Assembly: GCF_964204865.1 (NCBI RefSeq)
Contig: NC_135259.1
Coordinates: 12,648,001 to 12,712,000 of the forward strand
Source: Styela clava
Lineage: Eukaryota
Direction: 5' to 3'
Length of the DNA stretch: 64,000 nucleotides
Positions within the stretch are counted from its first letter, which is position 1; each line of letters begins with the position of its first letter. The translations under genes and the position numbers were made by a program. Below the pieces are notes generated by a model. It ran no database searches, was not told the DNA's origin, and saw nothing but the letters and a program-made list of their open reading frames with translations. Shown here piece by piece: positions 1 to 13,283 of the stretch.

Positions 1-3000
1 TATATTACAAATTGTTTAAATAGTTGCATTTGATTGACACTAAAGAGTGGGCGTTTCAGAGCTTTCTATAGCACGATAGGACCCCATCGAGAAGTCCTAA
101 CGAGTGGGTAAACCGACATCCCTTGGGTCAACATGGAAGCTCGGTATATATTCAGACACAGCGAAATTTGTATAAAAAAAACTATTTTGTTTTGGCTGTT
201 TTAATATGCAATGTGATTTCTCGTTTGTTTTAGATATTTATCTGTTGTGAGTGGAAATATTTTGCCGTGCAGTGTATTCAGTTATTTCGGTATATCTATA
301 TTTTTTTATAATATTTTTGTTTGAATTTGACAACATCTAAACCAGGGCCGCGCTCAATATGTGGCCCGCAGAAGAGTTCCGAGTGGCCCGCGCAGTATTT
401 TTAGAAATTAAATAAACTAAACTTAAACCGATGTCTCGCCCAAATTTGAGTCACAATCGACACCTCCCATAAAACAATTAAGTAAATTATTATTAAAACA
501 AATTATACTTGGTCGTTCAAACGCGCGAGAGACAGGACTAAATGAATATTTTCGAGACATCGCTTCCAATTTACTTCACTGTAGTGAGCACTGATATGGA
601 CGATTTGTCCATTTCAGCCTGTTGTATTCAAACTCCCTTAACAACGAGTCGTGAATTTTATATAGGGCAAGGTGTGTTTCGTGATTTGGGTTTGTTTATT
701 CCGGCCATCTACATTCATATATCGGTTCTCGTTATCACATGTACCAAACCCTGCGCCCTGGTCGACATCGATGTTTGTTTTTATTTCTCGAAGGACCACG
801 CGCTTTTCTCAACAAAATGAAAGCTATTGTACGATCATTGGTCGAGGAAAATTATAGGAATAAATTTGCAACCCAAATTTAGTTCAATATGATAATTATA
901 TTTCGTGTAGGCTTTGATCATTCTTATCACCACTGTAAAATAAAAAGTGTACTGTACAAGATCTTTACTACTGGCTTTTTTTGCGTTAAATAGAACTTCT
1001 GAAATTTATTCATTGGTTTAAAAATGCGTGCATATTGTTTTCAGATATTCGCAATAGCTTTGTGCAATAAGATGGCTTGTATTAACTAACCTCTTGATAT
1101 TTAGATTTTTTTTTCCATAAAATATACTAGTTTTGTGAAGAGAAAGATACTAACAATACATCCACTGAATCAAATGCTTAAACAGATTTCTATCCTGGAA
1201 TCCATAAATATTAAACAAACACATTTAAACAAGTGGGTGATGCTTCATTAGATGGACACGAAGACGTATAATTAGCCTACGTCAAGTAGACCAATGGATT
1301 GTTATACAGATTCTTCTCTCAGCAGCAGAAATTATACAAGCAAATTATTGTTCATTCTGAACAACAGGCCAAGAAAAAGAGAAATACTTGTTTGAAGATC
1401 ATTTTTAAAGGATCAGATTTCTTACGACTTGCTTCGGATTAATATTCATCATATAATATAAACACGTCATATTTGAATCACAACGACATAAAGCTTTAAA
1501 TCAGCACTTCGTTGCTGCTATTTGCAAAAATATCTTATTGGTTGTTGGTATTCTTCTTATCTCTGGTTTACTGTTTTTGAATTTATAAAACATCACCGGG
1601 TATTGGCAATCAATTGGCGCCCCTTCGGGTATTTTTACAGTTTGAAACGATATCACACACACTCTAAATAAATCGAAAAACATCTGAATGACGGGACGAG
1701 TTGCAAAATCTTATTCCATTCAATAATTATCTTTCGTACATATGATATATATGAATTTTTCCTTCACCTTCATCGCCACCTCCTTCATATCCATGCCCTT
1801 ACTCTGCCCAACAAGAACCGCCTACGTACGCCCGAATCCCTACCCCCGCGACAGATAAAACATGCTACCGCAGGCCTTAAAGTCGAAACGCAGTAAATTG
1901 CGCAAGCAATGTATATTGCTGTCCAACCTAAACAGTGGTGGAAAAAATATCAGAAAAAAAATATTCTGATACTACGTGGATGACGCACGTCGTCTTTCCC
2001 CGGATTCTGATGAAATATAAGCTAATCAATGTTATTTAGGCTATGGTTAATCAGTTTTACATTCTATTATAAATGCATTCTTGAGATTCTATTGCAGGCC
2101 GTCTATGGAAATTTCAGTGGTATACCTCATTTTCCTTAGCGCCTTATAAACACGTGCTTATTTTGCCTGATTGTTTATCGAACACCGCCAGTACCTCACA
2201 AATAACTGTCAAAGTAATTTAAACCTGAAGTGTGTTAATTTTCTTGTTTTTCCTGAAAGCCTTCTTGTGCGTTCACTGGGCCACTAATATCGTGATATAT
2301 TTTCAATTTACGTGCTAAACTTGTACGCATTTTTGACTTTGAAAAACGCCGGCGCAACACCTGTCTGTCTCCTTCTAATATTCTTCAGTAATTTGCGTTC
2401 TATTTGAATCAATGTGCAGCTTTAATTAATGATCAGAGATCGAGCGTAAATGGTTTACAGCTGAAAGTGTTTGAAATTGTGAACATCTGAAGCAAAAAGA
2501 TATATACTCCTAAAAATATGCCGGCGAAAATTTTTACTCACTATTCCGAGTAGTGTTGAATTACAAAATAAAACATTCGAGGTTCATTAGCGCGACATAC
2601 AGGAATGTTCTCATAGAAGCAAAGTGTTTGTATGTTGTTGAGTAAAAACCAATGTAGTTTATAAACCAATACCGAATAGGATGAACTATTAGAAACCATA
2701 TTCATATTAGTTTGAAAGATATAAAGCGAACGATGTCGATATTCGAATTTTAAAAAAAATGAAAAGGGCGCTTCTCAGCAATAATGCGCATCCATATTAG
2801 TTTAAAAGATACAAAACAAAAAATGCCGATACCTATAAAGAAAAAAGACATGAAAAGCGACGTTTATAAGCTATTGAGTGATGCATTCAGCCATTTTCTT
2901 AATTACCCCACATTGAAATTAAAAATATTTTATTGCATCTTGAAGAAATTAAATTTGCTTATTTTTAAAATGTTAAAATTAATTCGTATCCACATTAGTT

Positions 3001-3999
3001 TAAAAGATATAATGCAAAGAATGTCGATACGCAAAGGAAAAAACACGAAAAAGGCCGTTTGAAATATCCCACATTGGGAATATTTTTATTTTATATTAGT
3101 ACATTAAACTCACTTATTTTTGTAATGTAGAAATTAATGCGTATAAACATGCTTCCTAACCTCAGTACCATTAAAACGTACTTTAGCGGAGTAACCCCAC
3201 CGACTCCTCTAGAAGTCAAAAAACACACGATAGATTGTGACGCCAAATATTCGTAGGCTATATTGTAAGGTTGCACAATCGAGTTGATCCATATACCAGA
3301 TACCGATATACACTTAAAACCCTAGGGCAAGTATATGATGGAACCAAATGTCTACCTAACACAGAACAATAATACAAGGACGATCAACACTTGAGCTAGG
3401 ATAATACGTCATCAACGTATGAAACAATACAAGATATAACTGTTAATATAAAAGATCAAATAAAAATTGAGTCTATTATTGAGTTTCCTCGGATTTCGGG
3501 AGATCTTTGTCATTGCAGTCATCATTGAGTCCAGATGAGGCAGGATCCATAGTTGGATACTAGCAATACACAGACTATGCCCATATGCCAATCCTAGGGG
3601 AACTTGGATATTGTGTATTGAACTGCAGGTCCTTTCTCCTTGATTACTTGCTACTTCGGATCCGTATGTGGCACAAAAATATCATAAAAGAAAATGAAAT
3701 CGGGCAACGACGTTGTTTCAGGCAAATTACATTCACTATCAATAATAAGTGGTTAAAAGCATTGAAAAAAACAGTAACTATGTACTCGCTACTATTTGAA
3801 CTCAGAGGAACCTTATTCGGAACAAATTCTTTTGTCTTATTATCGTGGTGCCCATGAACGATGCTTCTATTTAGGTTAGCAGGAACCTTGTTGCAAGCAA
3901 AATTTTTCCAATTGTTAAATTTTCCACGTAATTTCCTGTGTAATTTCTTCCACTGTAATTTTGAGCTCTGATCGCCAAGGTTGAATCATTGATGTACAT

Positions 4000-4680
4000 C
4001 AGGCCTGCACAACTCAAATTACCACGAGGTCCGCATTCCGCAAGCATAAATCTGAAAGCCCGGCGTGCCGCAAACTTTGCCACATACAAATTTCACAAGA
4101 TGAACTACAAATCAAAAAAATTTTGTGAAACAGTCAAATTTAATGAAACACTTTCATTACTGGGGAGCTTGAGTAAAGCTATTTTCTTGAGTAAAAACAA
4201 GGTACAGTATTTTTGCATATGAGATGGCAAATATGTATTTAGCGGTTCATCTACCTTGAAAACCCATCCTTCATTTTCAATATTTTTTTTTATTAGAATT
4301 AGGTATTGCGTGCTGCAGTATAAACTGGCTGCAGAAAAATATTTTACTCAGGTTCGGTTTTTTAAAATCGTCCAAATATATGTATGACAATTTATTTAGT
4401 AATATCTACCATTATTGGATATTTCCATTGTAGGCTAGACAAACAATCTGTTTAGTAGCAATAGATCTTCCTCTGTTGTACTTTTTTGACTGTTAAATAA
4501 CATTTTTCTACAAAATCTGCTCCAATTTATTTGAAATTTTACAGTAAATAGCAATATCTTTTGTGCGAGAATTTCTGCACCATTCATAAATGAAGGAATT
4601 GTTTTTTAAGTTCTGAATTTGAATCAAAAAAGAAACTTCAGTTTCATAAACTGTTAGTAAAAAATAATGGAGGTAATAAT
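4000..4680 (+). mobile_element. Right-truncated copy of the hAT-type element that is intact at 14483-15511
   Basis: atgtacat (3992-3999) followed by left TIR caggcctgcacaac; right TIR and second TSD absent. The sequence jumps at ~4690 to the equivalent of ~16505. Confidence 0.8.
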
Positions 4681-5105
4681 AAAGAGATTGTATAGTAGCG
4701 AAGGAGCAGCAGCGAAAGTGGGAAGAGAAAAAGTGTTCTTGAAGCGCGGGACAAAGAAAATCGCAAGGAGTTTCCATTTAAATAGAATGGGAATATCATT
4801 TGTCTCACTTTGAGAAACTACATGAAATACCCTGTGCTAATCATATTATATGAAGAATAAACAACATATGTCCCCTGATGATACCGAATCTAAAAAACTA
4901 AAACAATATGATGAGGCGAAACCGTACTCGACTTACTACGGGAATGTTCGTCTATGACGTCACAAACGGCATTATAATCTGGTGTGACATAACAATGACT
5001 TGTAATTAAATGACAAATTGTAATTTGAGGAAAATCATTCCTACTTGAGAATCGCAAGCGACCAAATCATTTTTGGAACTTGTATCTTTCGGGTTTATAT
5101 TGCTT

Positions 5106-7840
5106 ATGATTATGGAGGACAATCATAAAATCAAGCTTAGAGCCTGCATCCAGGAGAAGCAGGACAGTCGTCGTCGAGAAAATGGCTCATTAAAGAAGAT
5201 GGCGAAGTTTTTCAGCAAAGTCCGCGCTCGTGAAAATCGGAAGGTTAGAATTAATTAAATTACTACAAGCATTTTTTTAGAGGCAAAAGTTTTTTGAACA
5301 TTAGGATAATGTACTATCATTAGTTGCAACTAACAAACAGTGCGTTTGTTACCAATGCTCGATACCATTAAATTTCATTGCTATTTGTACTTCGACATCC
5401 ACCATTTTGTTGCTTGATGCTTCCTTCAAATTAGCGTTTTCGGATTTCGGTGGTTGCAAATATTCTGCTTTGTTGATCTCATTTTTCATTATAGGCTATT
5501 AATACTATTGTACTTATGTATAATAGTTTTTTCCATCGGTAACGATTCAATATCGCGCAACAATAACGGTTCCTGCAAAATCCAATTGAGCATATACTTT
5601 TAATTAATCAGATCTTAAAATGAACCCGATTGCTAAATTGAATTTCTGACAGGCATAATTTAGTCATTGATTGAATGACCTAAATATCATTTTTCTTCAG
5701 TTTTCTCCGTGTGTGTAATAGGAATAGGACCACAATGCATAAATACTATATATACATGCTTTCTGAATTGTACAGATTGCTTCACTACTTCTTCAGGCCA
5801 AGTCAAAGACAAAACATTTTTCACACCGGTGTGGAAGACTACTACGAAAGGTAAGATGATATGGATATTGGTGAGATGCATATACAATATTTGCAATACC
5901 AACATTACATTACTACATTTCATTTAGATTTTTCTTTGCTGCTCATCGGACGAGTTAGATGACGACTTTCGTTCGACATTGAACGGTCCAAATGTTCCTG
6001 GACCTTCTGCCCGCAATGCCATTATAAACAAGGATGAAGTATCCAATCCTGATTTCGGGTCACCGAGACGACATCCAAAATCTGTTGGACAAGATGGCAT
6101 CTCCCTCGATGACGTTAGTGGATTTGTCGCATTTGACTGCACGTGTATTTTTAACATCCATATTTCTCACCATATAAGCTTTATACTACATTTTATTCAG
6201 ATTTTCCTTTGTCTTCCACCAGACGAGATAGATGTTGGTCTTCTTTTAGCATTGAAAGGTCCGAATGTTTCTGGACCTTCTGTTTACAAAGGCATTATTG
6301 ACAATGATAGCGTATTTATACCTGATTTCGGGTCACCGGGAAGACATCCCAACCTTTTTGGACAAGATGGCATCTCCTTAGATGATGTTAGTAGATTTTT
6401 TCACATTCGAACTGTAAAACAATATTTGTAGCTTTTAAACATGCGTGTTCGTAGCATCGATATTTAAATACAAGCTTTATACTGTAAAATTATAATGTTG
6501 ATACGCATTATAGATAATATTTAAAAGCATTTAGTTAAAATAATCCAATTTAACAGGTGTTTTATCTAATTGTACATGATTTTTTCACTGTGTTGCACGA
6601 TTATTTGATTTTTTATTTTTAGTTCTAATTTGGCAGTTTAGCATCCATAATTATTATTATAAGTCAATGAACATTTGATAAAGCAGACTAATTATTTCAC
6701 TTTTCAAAGGAAACGCCACCTCTGGAAATCGAAATTCCTTTTGCCAAGTATGCAGAACAAAGACTGTCATTGGACTGGTGGGATAAGGTAACCAATAACC
6801 TTCGAAAAAAACTAAAATTTAAGAAATGGTCATAATGCGAAAAATGTTACATATCGATAATTTCACGGAGCTAATAAATGAATATACTAGTTCTGGGTTA
6901 TAACAAAAACCCGCGTCTAGTAGAAAATATGAGAGCAATGCTTGAATATATGGTCACGTTCGTGCATCGGTGAGGCTTCGTTCGCCAGAAATATCCTCGT
7001 GACGGACAAGCGTGACGGAATTGGTCAAGCACTATGGAATAAATAGATTTCAAAATGATCAATAAAATTGTGTGTCTCAGCTTTGCGTCGTCTCTGACTG
7101 GAATTTTCGTTTTACGGAAGAAAATATGCTTACATATACCCCATTGGTAAATAAACTGAAATTTCGCTACGGGGTCCCTTTTTTAAATAAGAATTTTGCG
7201 ATATTCTTTATTTTACAAATTCATAAAATAGTTGTAATAATCTTGATTGCTCAAAATGAATTTAAACGTCTGGCGCATCTTTAATTCTATAATTAAATTT
7301 ATATAAGACTTTTTATGTGACAATGAGAAGCAAGTTAGACCTGTGGTACTTACGTATGTGTTCTTGTAGCATATAAAATATATGTTTATTAATATTTTCA
7401 GATGGATTCAATGGTTGATGAGAATAAACGGAAAACGGACATGAAATCGAATCAAACAAATGTTAAAATATTTTCATAGGATTTTCCTGCTGCGAATAAA
7501 GTGCCAACACAGAAAAAGGGTAAATTAAAATAACACTTGACTTAATGCAAATTAGGTAATGCAAATTCCAACTTAATTGTCATAATTATGGAAACATATA
7601 TATTTGATCAACAGTGTTGGCGTTTGCAAAATCATAGATTACTGATTACAAGAATCCCTAAAATTACTGTTATTATTTTCAAAATATATATCTTTAATCT
7701 GACAGGATGACGTAAATAATGATGTCCAATTGACGTTCAATCGTCGAATGAAATTCATTGGGAAATTCACGCAAACTCGGAGAGATGTAGGCGTTTTACA
7801 ACGCAATAGCCGTCGTCGCAGCGAACGCCGTCGGATTTGA
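5106..7840 (+). CDS. Orphan multi-exon gene, copy A. Exons 5106-5243, 5776-5850, 5928-6113, 6201-6386, 6710-6787; tentative 7402-7461 and 7706-7840
   Basis: Five consecutive GT-AG-bounded phase-0 exons (138, 75, 186, 186, 78 nt) splice into one open frame: MIMEDNHKIKLRAC...RENRK|IASLLLQAK...GRLLRK|IFLCCSSDEL...ISLDD|IFLCLPPDEI...ISLDD|ETPPLEIEIP...DWWDK. All splice sites are conserved in copy B. 3' exons uncertain; no family recognised. Confidence 0.65.
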
Positions 7841-10800
7841 CCAGCAAAGTTCGTTTCTTACACAATACGCGAGTGCACGACGGACTAATTTGAAGAAATA
7901 AAGGTGTTGGACCGAGAATGGCAACCAAGAGGACACAACACCGGAACGACAAAGACATTTCTTGACTGAGTGAATTTCGGTCATGGATGAGCGTAAAAGA
8001 AAACGAACGCGAACTTACCGTATACTTGTACTGCGTGCTTTGACGTCTTAGTAGTCATCTTGATATTGAAAATATATAATATTGTTTTTTTTTTTGTATG
8101 TCTGATTTTATATTGAGCAATACAAAAAAGTTAGATTGCAACAATGCGTAAAATAAATTATTTTGTGCAAAACGATGTACTCGGAAAATACCTTATTGGT
8201 TTTAATACGTCCGAAAATATTTTTTATATATATTTAAGTAAGTGGAATAGGGCAACGGAAACACGGAATAAACGAATTCGAAGCGCTTCAAACATTTAAA
8301 CATCCTGAAAAATTCATCTGCCGTTCAGCAAGAGTAGCATCGACAGTACTTCTATTTCGTCCTAATTTGTGTCATTTTTAACACCAAAAAGTTTTGAAAT
8401 TTTTATTTAAAAATTATCTGGAAATTTTAACAATTGGAAAAGGTTCGTACCAACTCCTAAATCAAATCATCGTTCACAGGCATTGCGATTATAATACAGG
8501 AGCAATTACTTTGTTGGGAGTTTGTTCTAAATGAGGCTAAGGAATTGACAAAAAGTTCGGTTTGGGAAGTCCAGAATATTTTCAGTTCGACAAGTGTTCA
8601 TGAGATCTTAAAAGAGATCTTTAAACAGATATGAACCTACTTTTATAATCGTCTATCCAAGCGTAGTTTTTTCCACCCACAATTTGCAAATGCAAATAAT
8701 GACACTTAGTTTCAAAATCATTACTTCAACCAATCATTTAAAACGATTGTTTTTTACTATAAAACAAGCCATTTCAATAGTCTATGATTTTTCATTCATT
8801 TCATGGGGTTTTAATTTTTATTTTAAAAATGATTGACAAAAATGATTGTTCACAACAGAACTGTAACAAAAATATGAGAGCGTAATTCACAGGGGTACCT
8901 ACGGTACCTTACCTGTTGCTGTACTGTAGGCCTGCTATTCGATCGTAGAACGCTTCTTTTCTGGCCTTTAAAAACTCAATTTAATTTGCTCTTATCAATA
9001 TTAACAAATACGGTAGGCTAGATTTGCTAGAAAACCTACAGTTGACATTGCTGCAATAGTAAGATCGCGAAGGGAATAAGTCAATTTCCCTGTGGTACGG
9101 TAACTTAGCAGTACCGTACATGCAGGCTTGATCACGCAACCGCTTGAAATAAGTTTCAAAACAATGTTACCATGAGTAAATGTTAGAAGAGCGAAATTTT
9201 GAATGTAATATCAGATCTCATAGGATTCATAGAAAATTTAAGAATAAATATAAAAGTACCGTAATAGCCTTCTGAAAAAAAATAAAACTTTAACCACTGA
9301 AAAGCAATCGGTCCAGTATTCGAAGAGAAAAGCGATTTTATAAGGATGGTGACGAAGAAAAATGAGACTAACAACAACATAATATTGAAACGATCGTTAT
9401 GTCCACTAAAGTGTCCAATAAGTCAAAAACGTAATCGACCTGCGGCAGTGATAGCCCGACCTACATCAACACCATAACCATATAGCGAACCACTATCTCT
9501 CACCTGGTTATTAGTACCTGTTCCAGGGGATAGCAATCTGCTTCAAGGTTTTGGATGTATAAAATTGGGTGATGGGCATAGGTGGGTTTCAGAATGTTTC
9601 TGGAATGTCGTCGCTGAGTTCATCACTGGATAAGATGGCGACACGCTTAACTAGGAATCCCAGCATTCCGTATGTTTTATCTTTGCGTCAGTTTTATTAT
9701 TCATTGGTTCTTCCTGTTTCCCGGCTACAACAAATTGGTTGGGCCAATAAAGAATGTTATGTTAGAATAAGCAGAGCGACGTCAGAAAAACATGCAACAA
9801 CTCAATCGAAGTAGGAAATGCGAACACCAAGAAACGTTTATTATAATATTCTCTACCAGGGAAATTCAGCTTACGAATGGAACCTTTTAGCTTTAAGATT
9901 AAGGTTTGATTGCGCTCCTGAAATGCCAGATTGCATTTATTCAAAACTTCAAAAATATCCGATAAATCTCATAATATATAAATTATAATTAATTATCTAT
10001 TATTAAAATTAATAACTAAGTTTTTTTCAAATTGCTAAAAAAATTTAACTTCTATTTATATTATCGAAAGTAAAGACAAATACATGAACTTTGTTATATA
10101 TGTCTGAGCAAAACTACAATAAAATTCATGATCTGGTGACCTATTTTCCAGAAGACCTAATGCTAAAAATTGTTCGTTTATACCACCATTTATTTTATCG
10201 AATTCTGTAGGGTCTTGTGCAATTTGTAGGCCGTCAATTATTTCGAGTGTCCGAGCTGGTAGCATTTGAATCCTATATTCCAAACTGTTTAAATAGGACC
10301 GCATCGAGAAGTCCTAACGAGTGGATAAACCGACCTTCCTTGGATCCACATGGAAGCTCGGTATATATTCAGACACAGCGAAATTTGTATGAATAAATAT
10401 TTTGTTTTGGTTGTTTTAATCTGCAATGTGACTTCTCGTTTATTTTACAATATTTATCTGTTGTGAGTGGAAATATTTTGCCGTGCAGTGTATTCAGTTA
10501 TTTCGGTATATCTATATTTTTTTATAATATTTTTGTTTGAATTTAACAACATCTAAACCAGGGCCGCTCAATATGTGGCCCGTAGAAAAGTTCCGAGTGG
10601 CCCGCGCAGTATTTTTAGAAATTATATAAACTAAACTTAAAGCGATGTCTCGCCCAAATTTGAATCACAATCGACATCTCCCATAAAAAAATCAATTAAA
10701 TTATTATTAAAAAAAATTATACTTGGTCGTTCAAACGCGCGAGAGACGGGACTAAATGAATATTTTCGAGACATCGCTTCCAATTTACTTCGACTGTAGT

Positions 10801-12793
10801 GAGCACTGATATGGACGATTTGTCCATTTCAGCCTGTTGTATTCAAACTCCCTTAACAACGAGTCGTGAATTTTATATAGGGTAAGGTGTGTTTCGTGAT
10901 TTGGGTTTGTTTATTCCGGCCATCTACATTCATATATCGGTTCTCGTTATCACATGTACCAAACCCTGCGCCCTGGTCGACATCGATGTTTGTTTTTATT
11001 TCTCGAAGGACCACACGCTTTTCTCAACAAAATGAAAGCTATTGTTCGATCATTGATCGAGGAAAATTATAGGAATGAATTTGCAACCCAAATTTAGTTC
11101 AATATGATAATTATATTTCGTGTAGGCTTTGATCATCTTCATCACCACCGTAAAATAAAAAGTGTACTGTAGAAGATCTTTGTTACTGGCTTTTTTTGCG
11201 TTAAATAGAACTTCTGAAATTTAGTCACTGTGTAAAAATGCGTGCATATTGTTTTCAGATATTCGCAATAGCTTTGTGCAATAAGATGGCTTGTATTAAC
11301 TAACCTCTTGGTATTTAGATTTTTTTTCCATTAAATATACTAGTTTTGTGAACAGAAAGATACTAACAATACATCCACTGAATCAAATGCTTAAACAGAT
11401 TTCTATCCTGGAATCCATAAATATTAAACAACCACATTTAAACAAGTGGGTGGTGCTTCATTACATGGACACGAAGACGTATAGTTAGCCTAGGTCAGGT
11501 AGACCAATGGATTGTTATACACATTCTTCACTCAGCAGCAGACATTATACAAGCAATTTATTGTTCATTCTGAACAACAGGCCAAGAACAAGAGAAATAC
11601 TTGTTTGAAGATCATTTTTAAAGGATCAGATTACTTACGACTAGCTTCGGATTAATATTCATCATATAATATAAACACGTCATATTTGAATCACAACGAC
11701 ATAAAGCTTTAAATCAGCACTTCGTTGCTGCTATTTGCAAAAATATCTTATTGGTTGTTGGTATTCTTCATATCTCTGGTTTACTGTTTTTGAATTTATA
11801 AAACATCACCGGTTATTGGCGGTCAATTGGCGCCCCTTCATGTATTTTCACAGATTGAAGCGATATCACACACACTGTGAATAAAACGAAAAACATCTGA
11901 GTGACGGGACGAGTTACAAAATCTTGTTCCATTCAATGAATATTTTTTGTACATATGATATGAATTTTTCCTTCACCTTCTCCGTCATCTCCTTCATACC
12001 CATGCCCTTACTCTGCCCAACAAGAACCGCCCATGTACGCCCGACTCCATACCCCCGCGACAGGTAAAACATGCTACCGCAGGCCTTGCGCATGAACGAT
12101 GTATATTGCTGTCCAACCTAATCAGTGGTGAAAAAAAAATAAATTTGTTATAGGCAGAAAAAAATATTCAATCTGATACTACGTGGATGACACACGTCAT
12201 CTTTCCCCAGATTTAAATGGAGTATAAGCTAATCAATGTTATTTAGACTATGGTCAATCAGTTTTACATTCTGTTATAAATGCATTCTTGAGATTCTATT
12301 GCAGGCCGTCCATGGAAATTTCAATGGTATACCTCCTTTTCCTTGGCGCCCTATAAACACGTGCTTATTTTGCCTGATTGTTTATCAAAGTACCGCCAGT
12401 ACCTCATAAATAACCGTCAAAGGAATCTAAACCTGAAGTGTGTTAATTCTTTTGTTTTCCTGAAAGCCTTCTTGGGCGTTCACAGGGCCACTAATATCGT
12501 GATATATTTTCAATTTACATGCTTAATTTGTGCGCATTTTTGACTTTGAAAAACGCCGGCGCAACACCGCCTGTCCCCTTCTAATATTCTTCAGTAGGTT
12601 GCTTTCTATTTCAATCAATGTACAGCTTCAATTAATGATCAGAGCTCGAGCATAAATGGTTTTTTCAGCTGAATGTTTTTGAAATTGTGAACATATTCTA
12701 CTAAAAATATGCCGGCGAAAGTTTTTACTCACGATTCCGAGTTGTGTTGAATTACAAAATAAAACATTTGAGGTTCATTAGCGCGATATGCAA

Positions 12794-13283
12794 CAGGGTG
12801 GTCCAAGGTTGTCGGCTCCGCGGACCACAAATTTATTTTTTCATTGTTCGCGGGCCACAATAGTGCCAAGAATAGGTAAACAGTGCAATACAAACTAAAC
12901 AGTTTTATTGTGCAAACACATAGTTATCAGACATAGCCATCCCAGGCTAATGGAATCCGCATTCGCCTTTCAGCTTTCTATGATGTCATATTGTTAGCAT
13001 ATACTCCCGACCAAAAAGATAGAAAGCCAGATAATAATTCAGACTGCCAAGCACATCATTCAACTTTGCTATTTGCCTCAACTAGCCATAACACTAGTCA
13101 ATTCAGTGACATTAGTGTCAAATATATGTATCAATAATATGTAACAATATGTTTTTCTGATTAATTTGATTACAAAACAACACGAAATGCGATTTATTGA
13201 TTACTCTCCAAATGTGACGCGGGCCACAGATAATGGAGCGGCGGGCCGCATGTAGCCCGCGGGCCTGAGTTTGGACCACTCTG
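12794..13283. mobile_element. hAT-type MITE present only in unit B
   Basis: TIR cagggtggtccaa ... ttggaccactctg; gcgggcc subterminal motifs; 8-bp flanks atatgcaa / acatacaa; empty site acatacag at ~2596 in unit A. Right-end relic of the same family at ~36820-36885. Confidence 0.9.

Larger units (their letters stand above)
1..8840. repeat. Tandem segmental duplication, unit A (extends left beyond the window)
   Basis: Collinear match to 10274-20290, e.g. 85 catcgagaagtcctaacgag = ~10302; 1-23 tatattacaaattgtttaaatag ~ 10274-10296; similarity ends at aaaatgattgacaa (~8838 vs ~20287). Paired ORFs in the track (672/10887, 3871/14354, 5073/16884, 5979/17793, 7796/19605). Confidence 0.95.

Noticed and set aside
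5687-6157. Minus-strand ORFs 5687-5923 and 5924-6157 (and 17501-17971)
   Set aside because: Antisense shadows of the plus-strand exons. The homologous minus frame in the twin exon has stops and splice signals support the plus strand.
7767-7958. Minus ORF resembling a secreted Cys/KR peptide precursor (MSLSFRCCVLLVAILG...KKR...KR)
   Set aside because: Antisense to the orphan gene's last exon; one Cys is lost in unit B; openness in two near-identical copies is not independent evidence.
9430-10304. Coding-looking minus-strand stretches between the duplication units
   Set aside because: Interrupted by stops, no recognisable domain and no consistent exon chain.
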